NCBI GenBank assembly: GCA_003971905.1 | Contig: RSEE01000007.1 | Location: forward strand, 1,054,001 to 1,118,000 | Direction: 5' to 3' | Length of the DNA stretch: 64,000 nt | DNA from: Moniliella sp. 'wahieum' | Lineage: Eukaryota | Shown: positions 35,772 to 47,233 of the stretch, piece by piece | How positions within the stretch are numbered: the first letter of the stretch is position 1 | Layout of the letters: every line of letters starts with the position of its first letter | Position numbers and translations under genes: made by a program | The notes under the pieces: generated by a model | What the model was told of the DNA's origin: nothing | Databases searched by the model: none | Seen by the model: only the letters and a program-made list of their open reading frames with translations

Positions 35772-37884
35772 ATGCTCATCCCCGCCGCCACCACCCCCAC
35801 GTGGGCGCGCCGCGCCAATGCGACTGCCGCCTCGCTTTCCTCCGCCTCCCACGCCAGCCAGAGCGCCAGTGCCAGCCGTGCCATCGCCTCCCTCTCCTCC
35901 CTCGCCGCTTCGGCCACCAGCGCCATGAGCAGCGAAAGCTCCCTTGCCTCGGGCCAGAAACCCAACCCATCCAGTTTCAAGGTCGTCGGGGTCCTGCTCG
36001 CGGTGCTTTCGGGCGTGTTTATTGGCTCCTCCTTTGTCATCAAGAAGAAGGGCCTGCTGCGCTCCCAGGCCAAGTACCACACCGTGCCTGGCGAAGGCGT
36101 CAAGTACCTTCGCTCTGTACTCTGGTGGACCGGGATGACGGTCATGATCCTGGGCGAGGCATGCAACTTGGTCGCCTACTCGTTTGCCGAACCACTCGCC
36201 GTCACACCCATGGGTGCGCTCTCGGTCGTCATCTCGGCCATCTTGTCCCACTTTGTGCTCAAGGAACGATTGACGCTCTTTGGGTGGCTGGGGTGTGCTC
36301 TGTGTGTGCTAGGTGCTGCTATCATCGGTCTCAATGGCGGCGACTCGGGATCGTCGGGCAACATTCGGGCATTTGAAAAATTGTTTATCGCGCCGGGCTT
36401 CCTTGCGTGGCTGGGCGTGTGCATTGTGGTGGCGATTGTGCTGGCAGTGTATGCCATGCCCGCTGGGGCAAAAAGTTTATGCTTATCCCCATTTCCATCT
36501 GCTCCACCATTGGTGGCTTGAGCGTGACGATGACCTCAGGGGTTGGCGCGTCGATTGTCTTGTCGATCCGCGGGGAGAACCAGGTGACGTACTGGTTCTT
36601 TTGGCTCTTGGTCGTCTTCACGGCCATCACGTTGGTGGTGGAGATTCTCTACCTCAACAAAGCGCTCGAGGTGCACAGTACGGCCATGGTCACGGCCACG
36701 TACTACGTTTTATTTACGAGCATGAGCTTGGTCAGCACCATTGTGCTCAACAAGGGTATGAACGCCGAGCCGAGCCAGATTGTCTCTCTCGTCCTCGCCT
36801 TCCTTGTCACGTGCATTGGCATCTGTGTCCTCCAACTCAGCAAGATCGACCCGACCGACTTGGAGAAAGAGTCCGGGGTGGACCGGAAGAGTTCGATGCT
36901 GCTCAAGGCGTCCCGTACCTACGTTCGGCCCTCGGAGAGCCGCCGGCGCCGCGAGGCAGAAAAGAGCGAGATCGAAGAGGAACCTGGGATGGAGACGTTG
37001 ATGCCCGGGTTGGGTATGGGCGTCGTGGGCTCGATCCTTCGTGCCCGTTCTAGCCGCTCTCGTCGGGGGCAAGCAGACGTGGGAGACGTGACCGACTCGG
37101 CGATTGGCCGACCAGCTGTGTTTGGTACGGCCGAGGAGTACTATGCGCTCCATCCGCAGGGCGCCCCCGACCCGGCTGCACCCTTGGAACCGGGACAGAC
37201 ACGATCGGAATCGTTGCCGGTTGAGACGGAGGATGGGACACGCAAGTACCGGTTGTACGATGGGCCGGTCCAGCAGCGTCCGCTTTCCTCCTCCAAGGGC
37301 ATCCCACTTGGTCTTCGCTCTCCGCCCCCTTCGCATCGCCAGGCGACTGCGATTTCCTGGCCGCCACCACCAGTCCTCGCGCGACGATGAGCGAGCCGGC
37401 ACGAGAAAATGCAGGCGACTCGGCACTGGCACGCCTGCAAGGGACGTGGCTGCAAGGGTACGAGGAGGAAACCGTTTTGGGCGCTGGGGACGCGAACCCT
37501 CATGCCTTTGGCAAGGAAAAGGGTGCGGGCGGGAAGGCGGACGAGGAAGAAGAAGAAGAAGACGAAGGGGAGGAAGGGCTATGTCTCAAGTACGAAGACC
37601 CCTATGAAGCTCAGTCGCTCTACAGCCACGACCCGTTCCCGTACAACGCCTCGCCTGCCGCCGAGGAAAAATACGGGGACGACGATCCCTTTTCCGACAT
37701 GCACGAGCCAAGGGACATTGCGTTGCGCGACTTGGCTGGCGAACGGCACTTGACTGCCCCGCCACTGACCCAACACGTCTCCATCCACTCGGTCCAGCCT
37801 GAGGAAGGATACCTCTCTGCCACCTCCGCCACCTCCGCCACGGCGCCTACGACGCCATCATCTGCACCCCCGCCCAACCCGTGA
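35772..37884 (+). CDS. NIPA-type (DUF803) Mg2+ transporter with a long acidic/disordered C-terminus; shifts near 36460 and 37385
   Basis: GVLLAVLSGVFIGSSFVIKKKGL, YLRSVLWWTGMTVMILGEACNLVAYSFA..VTPMGALSVVISAILS..LKERL, ISICSTIGGLSV, YLNKAL..STAMVTATYYVLFT, LLQLSKIDP-like segment. Confidence 0.92.
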
Positions 37885-38339
37885 TCTTGATTCCCCTGCT
37901 CTCCACCACTCCTCTCCCCGCCGTTAACTCTGTTTGCTACGCTGCGCTTTGCACTCGGATGGACTTTTCCCCCCACCTTTCCTCCTCCTTGCTGGCCCAT
38001 TTGCTCCTTGTCATACGATTTGAACGATTCTCTTCATTTGTCCATACCATACGCCATACGCCATACACCATGGTCCATGGTCCTTGAGTCATGTCAATTG
38101 GAGTTGTGGTCCGATCAGCAGCACTGATTGTATTTCCCCGCTCTTTCCTTTGTAATGTTGCAAAGGCACGACAGATTGGTTGGTTTCCAAGCCCAATTCC
38201 CAATCCCTCGATGCGGAAACAGCATCGAACACGACACGCTGGGTCCAAGGGCAATTAGATAGATGGGTAGAAGTGTGCAAGTCACCCTCACCCCACCAAA
38301 CCACCAAAACCAACAAACAAAAAGGCAAAAAGAACCGAT

Positions 38340-38427
38340 TGGACGAATAGGGAATCGAACCCCAGACCTCACACAGACACGCACAGAACATGCGAAGCGT
38401 GCGCTCTACCAACTGAGCTATCCGCCC
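38340..38427 (-). tRNA. tRNA-Ala(CGC) with a 15-nt intron after position 37
   Basis: GGGCGGA acceptor with the G3:U70 alanine determinant, GCTC-AGTTGGTA-GAGC D arm, CACGC-TT CGC A-[TGTTCTGTGCGTGTC]-T-GTGTG anticodon arm, TGGGG-TTCGATT-CCCTA T arm, discriminator A, and T-runs downstream. Confidence 0.93.
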
Positions 38428-38639
38428 TGGCTGGACTACTCTCTCCTGAGTGCACACTTGATCTGCCGGGGGTTAAGGTTGCCACTCTTATGATTGCAGC
38501 GTTCACCTCGATTCGAGACTCGCGCTCCACTCCCCATTTAGCCACTACAATTCATCCGACAAGAACACCGGATTGCAGCAAATCGAATTGCCGATTTACG
38601 TTTGCTACGTTCGCCTTCCGTCGCTTGTGCAACTAAGGC

Positions 38640-39954
38640 CTAACAGTCAAGAGGGCAAAGATCAAATCGATTCGGACGCTTGGCCTGAGAAACAAAGTAG
38701 AACCGATCCCAGAACCAAGGCCACCGGCCCCAAGGGCGGGCATCAGGATAGAACTTGGTAGCAAAGCAAAGCAAAGCAAAGCAAAGCAAAGCAAAGCAAA
38801 GCCAAAGCCGTGGCGGGCACAGCAACATTTTTGGGGGCACGGTCCACAGGCAACCGAGCCAACACACACACGAACACAAACGCAACCGAAACCAAAACCA
38901 AAACGAATCAAATGCACACGGCGCACGGCGCACAGAGGCCGAGGCCGAGATCGACGCCAGCTCGACCTCCAGCTCCAACTCCATCGCTTCGAGGCGACGC
39001 TTGAGCTGTACATTCTCTTGAGCCAAGCGCTCCTTTTCCTGACGCAGTTGCGACATCTCCTCAGCCTTGCGAAGACGCGACTGACGCGCGGCCACCGTGT
39101 TCTTGTGCCGCTTGGCGAGCATGGCTTGCACACTCGAGTCCCCCTCGTCATCCTCCACCTTGGGCAGCTCACGACGCGAGGTGGCACTCGGGGTACGGTA
39201 GGTGCGCTTCTGCACGGGCGCATCGAGGGGGAGCAAGTCGGACGCCTCGAGCACACGACGCTTGCGCTTGGTTGGGCCCGTGCTCGAGCATTCCGTCGCC
39301 GGCGAAAGTGAAGTGCGAGAACGGCCAGATTCACTTGCAGGAGGTGACGCAGAGGCAACCAGTGGCGTTTGACTGGGAGACACCTCACGGGGAGAAATCG
39401 AGCCGGGCGAGATGGGTGTTGCGCCGGCACCGCCATGGAAAGGCGTCTGCATTTGGGTTTGCTCAAGAGCCGCTTGAGTAAGAATCTGAAGCAGAGCCGC
39501 GGTTGAAGCGTCGTCTACCAGACACGGGGGTTCCGGCTGCGGCGCGGTAAACGCCGCCGAGTTGCGTGGGGAAAACGCAAGCTCCATTGGAAGCCCCATT
39601 GGACGGTCCTGACCCGCCGTTGGGGCGGGGAGGGTGTCGACGAGGATGCCCGGGTTGGACTTGAGGTCTTGCGGGAAAGCAAAGTCCTCAAAATCGGGCA
39701 TACCAGTCGAGGCGAGGAAGTCGTCTTCCTCCACCGTGGTGGCATAGCCATCGTCACCCGCATCAACGGCGTCGGAATCCAACAGGCCGGCAAGGCCAGC
39801 CGAGTTGGGACCGAAAAGAGACGCAATATCCACTCCAGCGTCGGTCGGAAACATGGTAGGTTCAATCATAGCTGGAACGACGCAGGGAAAGTCAGTGATG
39901 CTCGAGGCGCATGGCAGGCAGCGACGTACACATGGTAGAGTTCGAAGAGATCAT
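38640..39954 (-). CDS. bZIP transcription factor, Gcn4/Cpc1 (cross-pathway control)-like; intron 39872-39929; true stop probably near 38900
   Basis: Acidic/aromatic N-terminus, LLPLDAPVQKRTYRTPSATSRRELP, basic region AKRHKNTVAARQSRLRK and a leucine zipper. The ORF reads on through a microsatellite (FALLC repeats), suggesting the real stop was lost to an indel. Confidence 0.85.
38761..38809. repeat. (GCAAA)8 pentanucleotide microsatellite
   Basis: Eight exact GCAAA copies at 38761-38800, followed by degenerate copies. Confidence 0.95.
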
Positions 39955-40313
39955 AAAGGGGTCGGCTTGGACGGGAAAGGCAAAGCGGACGGCAGTCAAG
40001 TGGGCGCGGGGGGCGGACTGCAGGGGAGTGGGGGCACTCAGTGGGTTGGGGGTTGGGAGAGGGAGAAGTCCGAGAGGCTCGGGAGACAGGGTAGGCGGGA
40101 GGTAAGGGCTGCTGGGATGCTTCAAGCGCAGGGCTGGCAAGGAGGGGGCATGGTGCCGGGAGGGCCGCAGGGGCGAGGGGAGACAACATGGTGGGCTGGG
40201 GAGGGGGTGCAGAGACAACTAGGTTGGTGACAGCACAACTTGGGGAGCCAAATTGTACGTGTGGGGCGGATGCAGGGGGATACGCCGGGATGGTGGTCGG
40301 GGGACCGGTTCGC

Positions 40314-40331
40314 TTAAGCGGAGAACGCCAT
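40314..40331 (-). promoter_or_regulatory. Short upstream ORF (uORF1, MAFSA-stop) in the bZIP leader
   Basis: ATG GCG TTC TCC GCT TAA is the first AUG downstream of TATAAAAG (40423-40430, minus strand). Confidence 0.65.
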
Positions 40332-40874
40332 GGGGGGCAGATGCGGGGGGGGGTCTAGGGGGCTAGGCTGGGGGGGGCTGGGGGGGTGGGGGCGGAAAGG
40401 CGGCAGGCGGCGCGCCCGCTGCCTTTTATACCGCCGCCCTTGCACGGCGTTGCGCACGCCACACTGCGCTCGTGCCGGCGCGCCGCCGCACCCAGCCCCC
40501 CTCCCCCGGCAGACGGGCACTGTTGCAGTTTTGCTGCGGCCGGCGCCGTGCTCGCCCCACCCCCCCGCCGCGCTGGGCTGGGGCACACGGCCAGTGTGCT
40601 ATGTAAGCATGCCGAGTCGAGTCATCGAGCCAGCTCAGCGAGCCAACTTGAACATTTGCTGGCCTTTCACTTTCGCTCTCCCTTGCATGCGGGCGGGATT
40701 GAATATTGAACGTTGAACTGCACATTGCCCGCTGGGTGCCGGCGCCACGAGTGCGCTTGCACCGACCCACCCGCCGCTGGGTTCTGGGAATTTTTTGGTC
40801 TTTTTTGGGCACTCTACCAGCGTGGGAATTCATAGCCAGCGCCGCCGGCTGGGCCTGCGTCTACACCTCCGTCT

Positions 40875-43411
40875 ATGCCTCCGCCTGTCCCCAACCCCGC
40901 CAGCGAGGCAACCGCCTTTCTCCAGCGCCTACAGACCGCACTTGTGCCCGTCACGCGCGCGGCCAGTGCGCTTCCTAATGCCGTGACTGGGCCTTCCACC
41001 TCGTCCTCGACCGTCCGCTCGCCCGCACAGTCGATGCGCAGGCGGCCCGCGTGCTGGCCACAGCAGACCGCCTGCTCGATTGGGTCGCTGCATCAGCCGC
41101 CGGCCCCGCCCCCCAATCTGCCCTTCGCCCCGCACTCGACTTGCGACCGAACCCTCTCGTGATGCTGATCAGGTGTCCGCCGACCAGTTCTCTGCCACGC
41201 TAGGCGACGCCATCGACCATTTACTCTATCAGGCCGACACGTTGCTGGCTGAACACCAAAATTCCCAACCATCCCCTTCCACGTCCCGATCAGCCGAGCG
41301 GCGCATCCCTCAATTCCGCCTAGCCGGCTCTTCGATGCGGGACAAGAATATGCCCTTGCCCCCCCACATTTTGCGTGCGTCCATCGAGCCTCTGCCCCAA
41401 AGAGCATACACCGAAACCAAGCCCGACAACCGGGCGGGCGTTCCATGGTCTCGCCCGTTGCGCTTTGGCAAGCCCAACGCTCGTGAACCTCCGGACGGAT
41501 GGGTGCCACCTTGTCCCGTTGATGCTCAGGGTGTGCCTCTCCCCGACGGCCGCAGGATGGGCACCTACGCCGAGGAGGATGATCCTCGCAAGAACCCTTA
41601 CTATTATGAGATAGTCACATCTGCCCCTCCCGAGCACGCCTTTGTCTTCCCGACCTCCCCTGACGATTTGGTCACGAAGGATTCTTCAGAAGAGAAAATC
41701 GACACCCAACCCGCGGATGGGATCGTGGAACAATCTTCCCCTTCTTCGCCAGAATCGAGAGGCGAGCTGATCGTCCCTACTCCTCTTACGTTTGATAATG
41801 CCAAGGGACTGGCTGGCGTGCCATTTACTTGGATTGACTCGAAAGTAGGAATCGAGGCGTTGCTCTCTCACCTGTCCGATCCACGAGTGAAGGAAATTGC
41901 TGTGGACCTTGAGCACCACAACCTCCACACGTTCCAAGGCCTGACATGTCTCATGCAGATCAGCACACGCTGGCACGACTTTATCATTGACACGCTCGCG
42001 GAGGAGGTGCGAGTCCACGCCGAAAAGCTCAATCAGGTTTTTACCGACCCCAACAAAGTCAAGGTCCTGCATGGTGCCGACGCAGACGTACTCTGGCTTC
42101 AGAGAGATTTGGGACTCTACCTCGTTGGCCTGTTCGATACGTACCACGCTGCTACCCGACTCAGCTTCCCGCAGCGTGGGCTCGCTTACCTTCTCTCCCG
42201 CTACGTTGACTTTGACGCTGACAAGCGCTTTCAACTGGCCGATTGGCGGATTCGCCCCCTTCCGATCGAGATGCTGTTCTATGCTCGTAGTGATACCCAC
42301 CATCTGCTCTACGTGTACGACCGACTGCGCGCAGAACTTTATGCCCAGGGAGGCAGGGAGGCCATCAATGCTGTCTTTGTCGGTCTCAAACGGTCGAAGC
42401 CAAGGTCTATGTCAAGCCCGAATGGAACGAAGATGGATCGGGAGCGGACAGTTGGATCTCCTTCTTCCGACGCTTCTCGCGCCAATTTTCTGCCCCGCGT
42501 TTCTCTCACTCGGACCCATCCGAGGTGCAGACACAAGAAGTGTGGTACATGCTCAAGCGCATGCTCCTTTTACGCGAACTGCACCGCTGGCGTGACTCGA
42601 TTGCCCGGATTGAAGATGACGGAGCCCGGTAGGTCACACGTCTCGTCTCGTCTGCCTTACTCGTTGTCTGGTACTAATTTACGAACTTGACTGCAGGTAC
42701 GTGTTGGGCGGTCATCTATTACTTCAGCTCGTTCAAATGGCGCCCACTACCTCGTCCGAGGTTACCAATGCATTGATGGGGAAGATGGCTCCCCTATTGC
42801 GCAAGTACAGGGACGACATTGCAGCCGTGTTGGCTGCAGCCATCCAGCGGTGGGAGGCCACCGTCCAAAAGGCCAGCTCGGTTATCGACGGCCAACGGCC
42901 CAAATTGACTGAAGCAGTCCTAGTGGTCCGAGATGACCTCAACCTCCCACCTTCGTTGGTCGCTGGCATCCTCCTTGCCGGCATCAAGGAAGACACGCTG
43001 GTCTCCGCCCCGGCCCCTGCCACCGGGGGGATACCCCTCCACCCTTTGGCCCGACTCTTGTCTGCTGCTCAGCAGGCCGACGCGCGCTCTGCTCCCCCAA
43101 CAGAGGAGGTCAGGCAGAGTCTCCCCACGTCCCCATCGGCGATGCAGGCACCACCCAGGTGCTCAGCATTGGATTCCCCCACCGCACAAGACCCGCCTTC
43201 TTCTCCTGCTGCCACGCTCGCGACCACCCTGCCCGGTAGCTCGGGCGATCAGGTACCCGCTGATGAGGTCAAGCAAACCAACCGGAGCACGAAGCGCCAG
43301 GGAGATCCTGTCCCGCTTACCACGTCGATTTCCCCTCGTTCGGAAGGGAGAAAGCGACCCAAAATGGATTCCGTCCTGGGCAAACCGTCGCAAGCGTCAC
43401 CCGAGGCTTAA
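40875..43411 (+). CDS. RRP6: Nuclear exosome 3'-5' exoribonuclease Rrp6 (DEDD-Y exonuclease plus HRDC); intron about 42629-42696; frameshifts
   Basis: NPYYYEI, EIAVDLEHHNLHTFQGLTCLMQISTR..DFIIDTL, KVLHGADADVLWLQRDLGLYLVGLFDTYHA, ADWRIRPLP..YARSDTHHLLYVYD, and HRDC-like LRELHRWRDSIARIEDD..YVL. Confidence 0.94.
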
Positions 43412-43971
43412 CTGGCGCCATCTTCCTCCCATGCGGTTCAGTCCGTCCGTTCACACATCTAATATCCATCTAGGTTTTATGCATTCCTGCGTCGTATATA
43501 TAGCAATTCCCCCTCATTTTGGCTGCAGAGAGGGGGGGTTGAAGTTGAAATGAGCGGGTGGCACATCTTCTTCTCGCTGCTTGATTGGAGTGAGACTCAG
43601 ATGTAGCTAGTTGGTGGGATCGGGGTGGTTGGCTGAAGGTGCGGGGGAGGGAAGGGATGAGGATGTCAAAAAAGGCCATGATAACGCCGATCATGTCGAT
43701 AATGTGCGTCCTTTTGTTTGGCTCGGGGTTAATCGGTTAATCGCTACCGGCAAAACGTGCGCCACGACGTTGCAGCCAGCACGCCATCACATTGTCGTCA
43801 GCAAGTTCTCTCGCCCTCCACATAATGGTATCAAGCTAGTACTAACACAGGCAAGGTAACTACTATCCTCAGTACCCGCGACTCGTTGCCCCCATCTCTC
43901 GCTTCGCTACCATCATTACCGTCCCCACCTCCATTCGACCGCTTCGTGCCCAGCACCTCAATCCAGCGCCC

Positions 43972-44409
43972 ATGTCCCAGTTTCCCAAAGGCAAAAGCGA
44001 GAGCGAGTGGCGTGCGCAGTTGAGCCCGGCCCAGTTCCGCATCTTACGTGACAAAGGCACGGAGCGTCCGGGAACGGGCGCGTACGATGACTTTTACCAC
44101 GAGGGCATCTACACGTGTGCAGGGTGCCACACTCCACTGTACACGTCTACAACCAAGTTTGACGCTGGCTGTGGCTGGCCCGCGTTTTTTGACGCCCTTC
44201 CCGGCACGATTGACCGGCATGTGGACACGAGCTTGAACCGGCACCGAATTGAGATTACTTGTCGCAACTGTGGTGGTCATTTGGGCCATGTGTTTCAAGG
44301 CGAGGGGTTTCCTACTCCTACCGACCAACGCCATTGCGTCAACTCGATCGCTTTGAACTTCTCCCCCGCCGAGTCGGATGCGCTCCACGAAGCGGTGGCC
44401 AAGGCCTAG
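43972..44409 (+). CDS. msrB: Peptide methionine-R-sulfoxide reductase MsrB (SelR domain; Mxr2-like)
   Basis: EWRAQLSPAQFRILRDKGTERP, YTCAGC, KFDAGCGWPAF, EITCRNCGGHLGHVFQGEG..RHCVNS. The ORF is intact, with two CxxC zinc motifs. Confidence 0.97.
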   Translation: MSQFPKGKSESEWRAQLSPAQFRILRDKGTERPGTGAYDDFYHEGIYTCAGCHTPLYTSTTKFDAGCGWPAFFDALPGTIDRHVDTSLNRHRIEITCRNCGGHLGHVFQGEGFPTPTDQRHCVNSIALNFSPAESDALHEAVAKA

Positions 44410-45279
44410 CCACACACCTAATACTTGGTTTCCACCATCATGCGTTTCTTACACTGGAGTGTGCCCGCGGGGTACGCATGTGTCTGCGCCTCTTTCCTCT
44501 GCATTATTCTGCCTTCGAATCATCGCTATGGTGATAGGCCAGGATGTGGGCATTCATCCGACTTCTGGCTCCGTACCCACCCCATCCACAATCGATGCCA
44601 TCAGTACGGCTTGAGGCAACGAGTCGGCTTGTATTCGGCCACCATTTCTGTATCCTTTTCACATTGTTCTAGCTCGTAGAACAGCCAATTCGTCCCGCTT
44701 CTTATTGGTTCATTGGAACTTGTTGAGCCCTTCCAGATCGGGCTTCTTCTGTTCTTGTTTTGCGCTCCTAGAGGGCCGCCCCCCCCCCACGATTTCTTGT
44801 TTGATGACCTTGTTCTGTCTTGCTGGCCGGCCTCCCTTCTGCTCGCGCTATGCACCCCCGGGGGAAGGAGGGGAGGGAAGCCCGATCCGAGCTTGGGCTA
44901 TAAAGAGAGTGGCGAGAACGGGAAGCGGAAGCGTACCACAATCTCCATGTATATAATAGCCTCTCAACGCACATGTATGCATCTATTCTCAGGCCTACTC
45001 CTCAGGCCGCAATCGCGTAGTATCCACTTGTTGGTTACCACGACGGCAGCCAGGCGCTGGGCATGTAACAGCGTGACAGTCCTTCGTTGCACCACCTGCG
45101 CTGTTCTGCATATATGCCTCGGCTTGGTGTCGATAACCCGTTCTGCGTCGCAAGCATCCACAGGCCTATTATTGTCGGCAGACATATGAAAGCTTGAGCT
45201 AGTAGCACCGTAGTGCCGTTTCCCAGGGGGGATTCTGGGATGGTACGGCGGGAATCAGGCATGCAGCCGCTGGGGTCGC

Positions 45280-46982
45280 ATGTATAGTACCGAATGTGGC
45301 CATTTGCCGAGTCGGGACACTGGGATCCGAGAGCCACGGCGGGCGTGCGAGCGGCCGACCAGCCACGGGCAGGGACATCCTCAATCAACCCCGTTCCCCC
45401 GCTCGGGTATCCTTTACGTGTTCTGGTCCTGCTCCCACCTCCCGCCCCCCCCCGACCACCGACATCTGTCCACCGACATCTGCTGCGGCCATCGCCCCGT
45501 GCCGACGAGCGTTGTTGAGCAACATGAGCCAGCGACCAGGCCACCGCAACCAGAGCCAGGATCCGAGCCAGGCATCGTCGCCCTCGCGGCGCAGCCGATG
45601 CCGGTCCGGGTCGCCGCAGAAGCGCACCCGCCAACAATGGTTCCACCCGCAGCCAGGCCCCCTCTTCTCCCCCGACCCCTTGCCCGGGATCCCCCTCGCC
45701 CCCTCCGCCCCCACACGCCGCCCGCCCCGCCCGCCCCGCCCCATGGCACGGCAGCACCAGCTTTCGGCGCCGCTGTGGCGCTCGACGTGCCCCTCCACTC
45801 TTCTCCCACCATGCCCATGCTGGGAGAAAAGTCGAACCGCAGCCCGGCCAAGCCAGTATGCCCGCCCATCCACTTCGACATGGAGCCTGCCCGTCTGCCA
45901 GATGAACAGGGGACTCCACTCGTCCCCCCCGCCGGCGCTGACGTTTCCAACACAACACAATTCTCTTCCCCCCACAGTCGCCTGAACCGATCGAGTGCGC
46001 GCCCGCGCCCAGCGACTGGCTCCAAGGAGAGTACATGCCATCCACGCAGCTACCGCGGGAAAAATGGGACGTACCTGAGCTTGAGGCTTTTCCGCACGGC
46101 TACAAGCTCGTATCTTTCCTCGACACCATCTCTTTCTGTCCCCCCTCGCAAGCTGGCTTTCCTTTGGGACACAGTACCTATGGCAGTGCCGATCTCGGTC
46201 TCGCTCCCCACTTGGACCAGGACACGTCGCCCCCCCCCAAAGCGATTGAGCGAGAACGATACTTGGGCGGTGCACCCGAGAGCATGTTCCCCTGGGACCT
46301 GTCCTTGCCAGAATTATCATTGACGGAAGAAAGCTTGACGGACGAGGAGGATGAAGCGTTCCAACTGACCCAGCTGCTCGGTTCTGACCCTTCCTCCTTC
46401 TTGCCCTTCGTCCGGCGCCTGAGCACCCTCTGTCCAAGCCCGATCCCCAACTCCGTCCCCGTCCCAACCCCAATGCCAACCCCAACCCCAATCCCGATCC
46501 CAATCCTAAGCTTCATTCAAGAGCGTCCACCGAACCATACCGCACCACAGCCCGTCGACCTGGGGCCACGAAATCCAGCCTGCTGCGCCCGAGCGGTGGG
46601 ACCGTCGGTCGACCTTAAGCACTCGCCCCCTCCCTGGTCGTTCCCCCTCTTCAGTCGCCACCAACAACAAGGCTCTTCTGCCTCGTGCTGTGCCTGGCCG
46701 CCGCCCGTGCACTTGATCATGATCGGGGTACAGCGCAGTCCCACCCGGGAGGTCAGGCGGGCACGAGGGCGCGGCAGGAGGATGGCGAGGTGTACCTTGA
46801 GCTCAACCCTGCTGAAGCCTTCTTCTAAGATTGGATCCGGCGGAGTTGTCCTCCTTCTCCTCCTCTCCTTCTCCTTCTCCTTCTCCTCTCTTCTCCTTTC
46901 CTTTCCTTCTCCTTCTCTTCTCCTTTCTCTCTTCTCTCTTCTCCTTCCTTCTCCTCCTTTCATATACCATTTCCTACTGTGA
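45280..46982 (+). CDS. Hypothetical Pro-rich protein, fragmented; boundaries uncertain
   Basis: Overlapping long plus ORFs 45280-46323 and 46035-46982 with an acidic patch (LTEESLTDEEDEAF) and PT/PI repeats. TATA-like motifs at 44899 and 44950. No domain recognised. Confidence 0.35.
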
Positions 46983-47233
46983 CTGTTTTTCTGAGACTGT
47001 TTTTCACACTCACGTTCCCCTACAATCCGACCTGTTTCGGCAATGGCATGGTTGCCTCCCGGAGCTGACACTAGAGTACATCGGTTGATTTTGGGGGCAA
47101 TTGTACAGCCAGAACGCCCAAGGAGAGGAAAAAGGGGGAAAAAGGGGGGGGGGGAAGGGAAGGGGGAAGGGGGAAGGGAAGGGGAAGGGGGAAAGAAACA
47201 AGGGAAACAAGGGGAAAACGCGACCGAGGACAA

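Noticed and set aside
38084..38091. TGAGTCA / TGACTCA Gcn4-type sites (also near 5390, 27029 and 58651)
   Set aside because: Only a handful of 7-mers in 64 kb, roughly at chance level, and not positioned in promoters of amino-acid genes.
38640..38900. Hydrophobic FALLC-repeat 'transmembrane' tail on the bZIP (membrane-tethered TF idea)
   Set aside because: It is the translation of the (TTTGC)n microsatellite and T-rich 3'-UTR-like sequence, best explained by an indel removing the true stop.
43828..43850. 23-nt micro-intron after ATG 43825
   Set aside because: Too short for typical fungal splicing and it yields an immediate stop. The upstream donor at 43704 explains the same branch and acceptor in frame.
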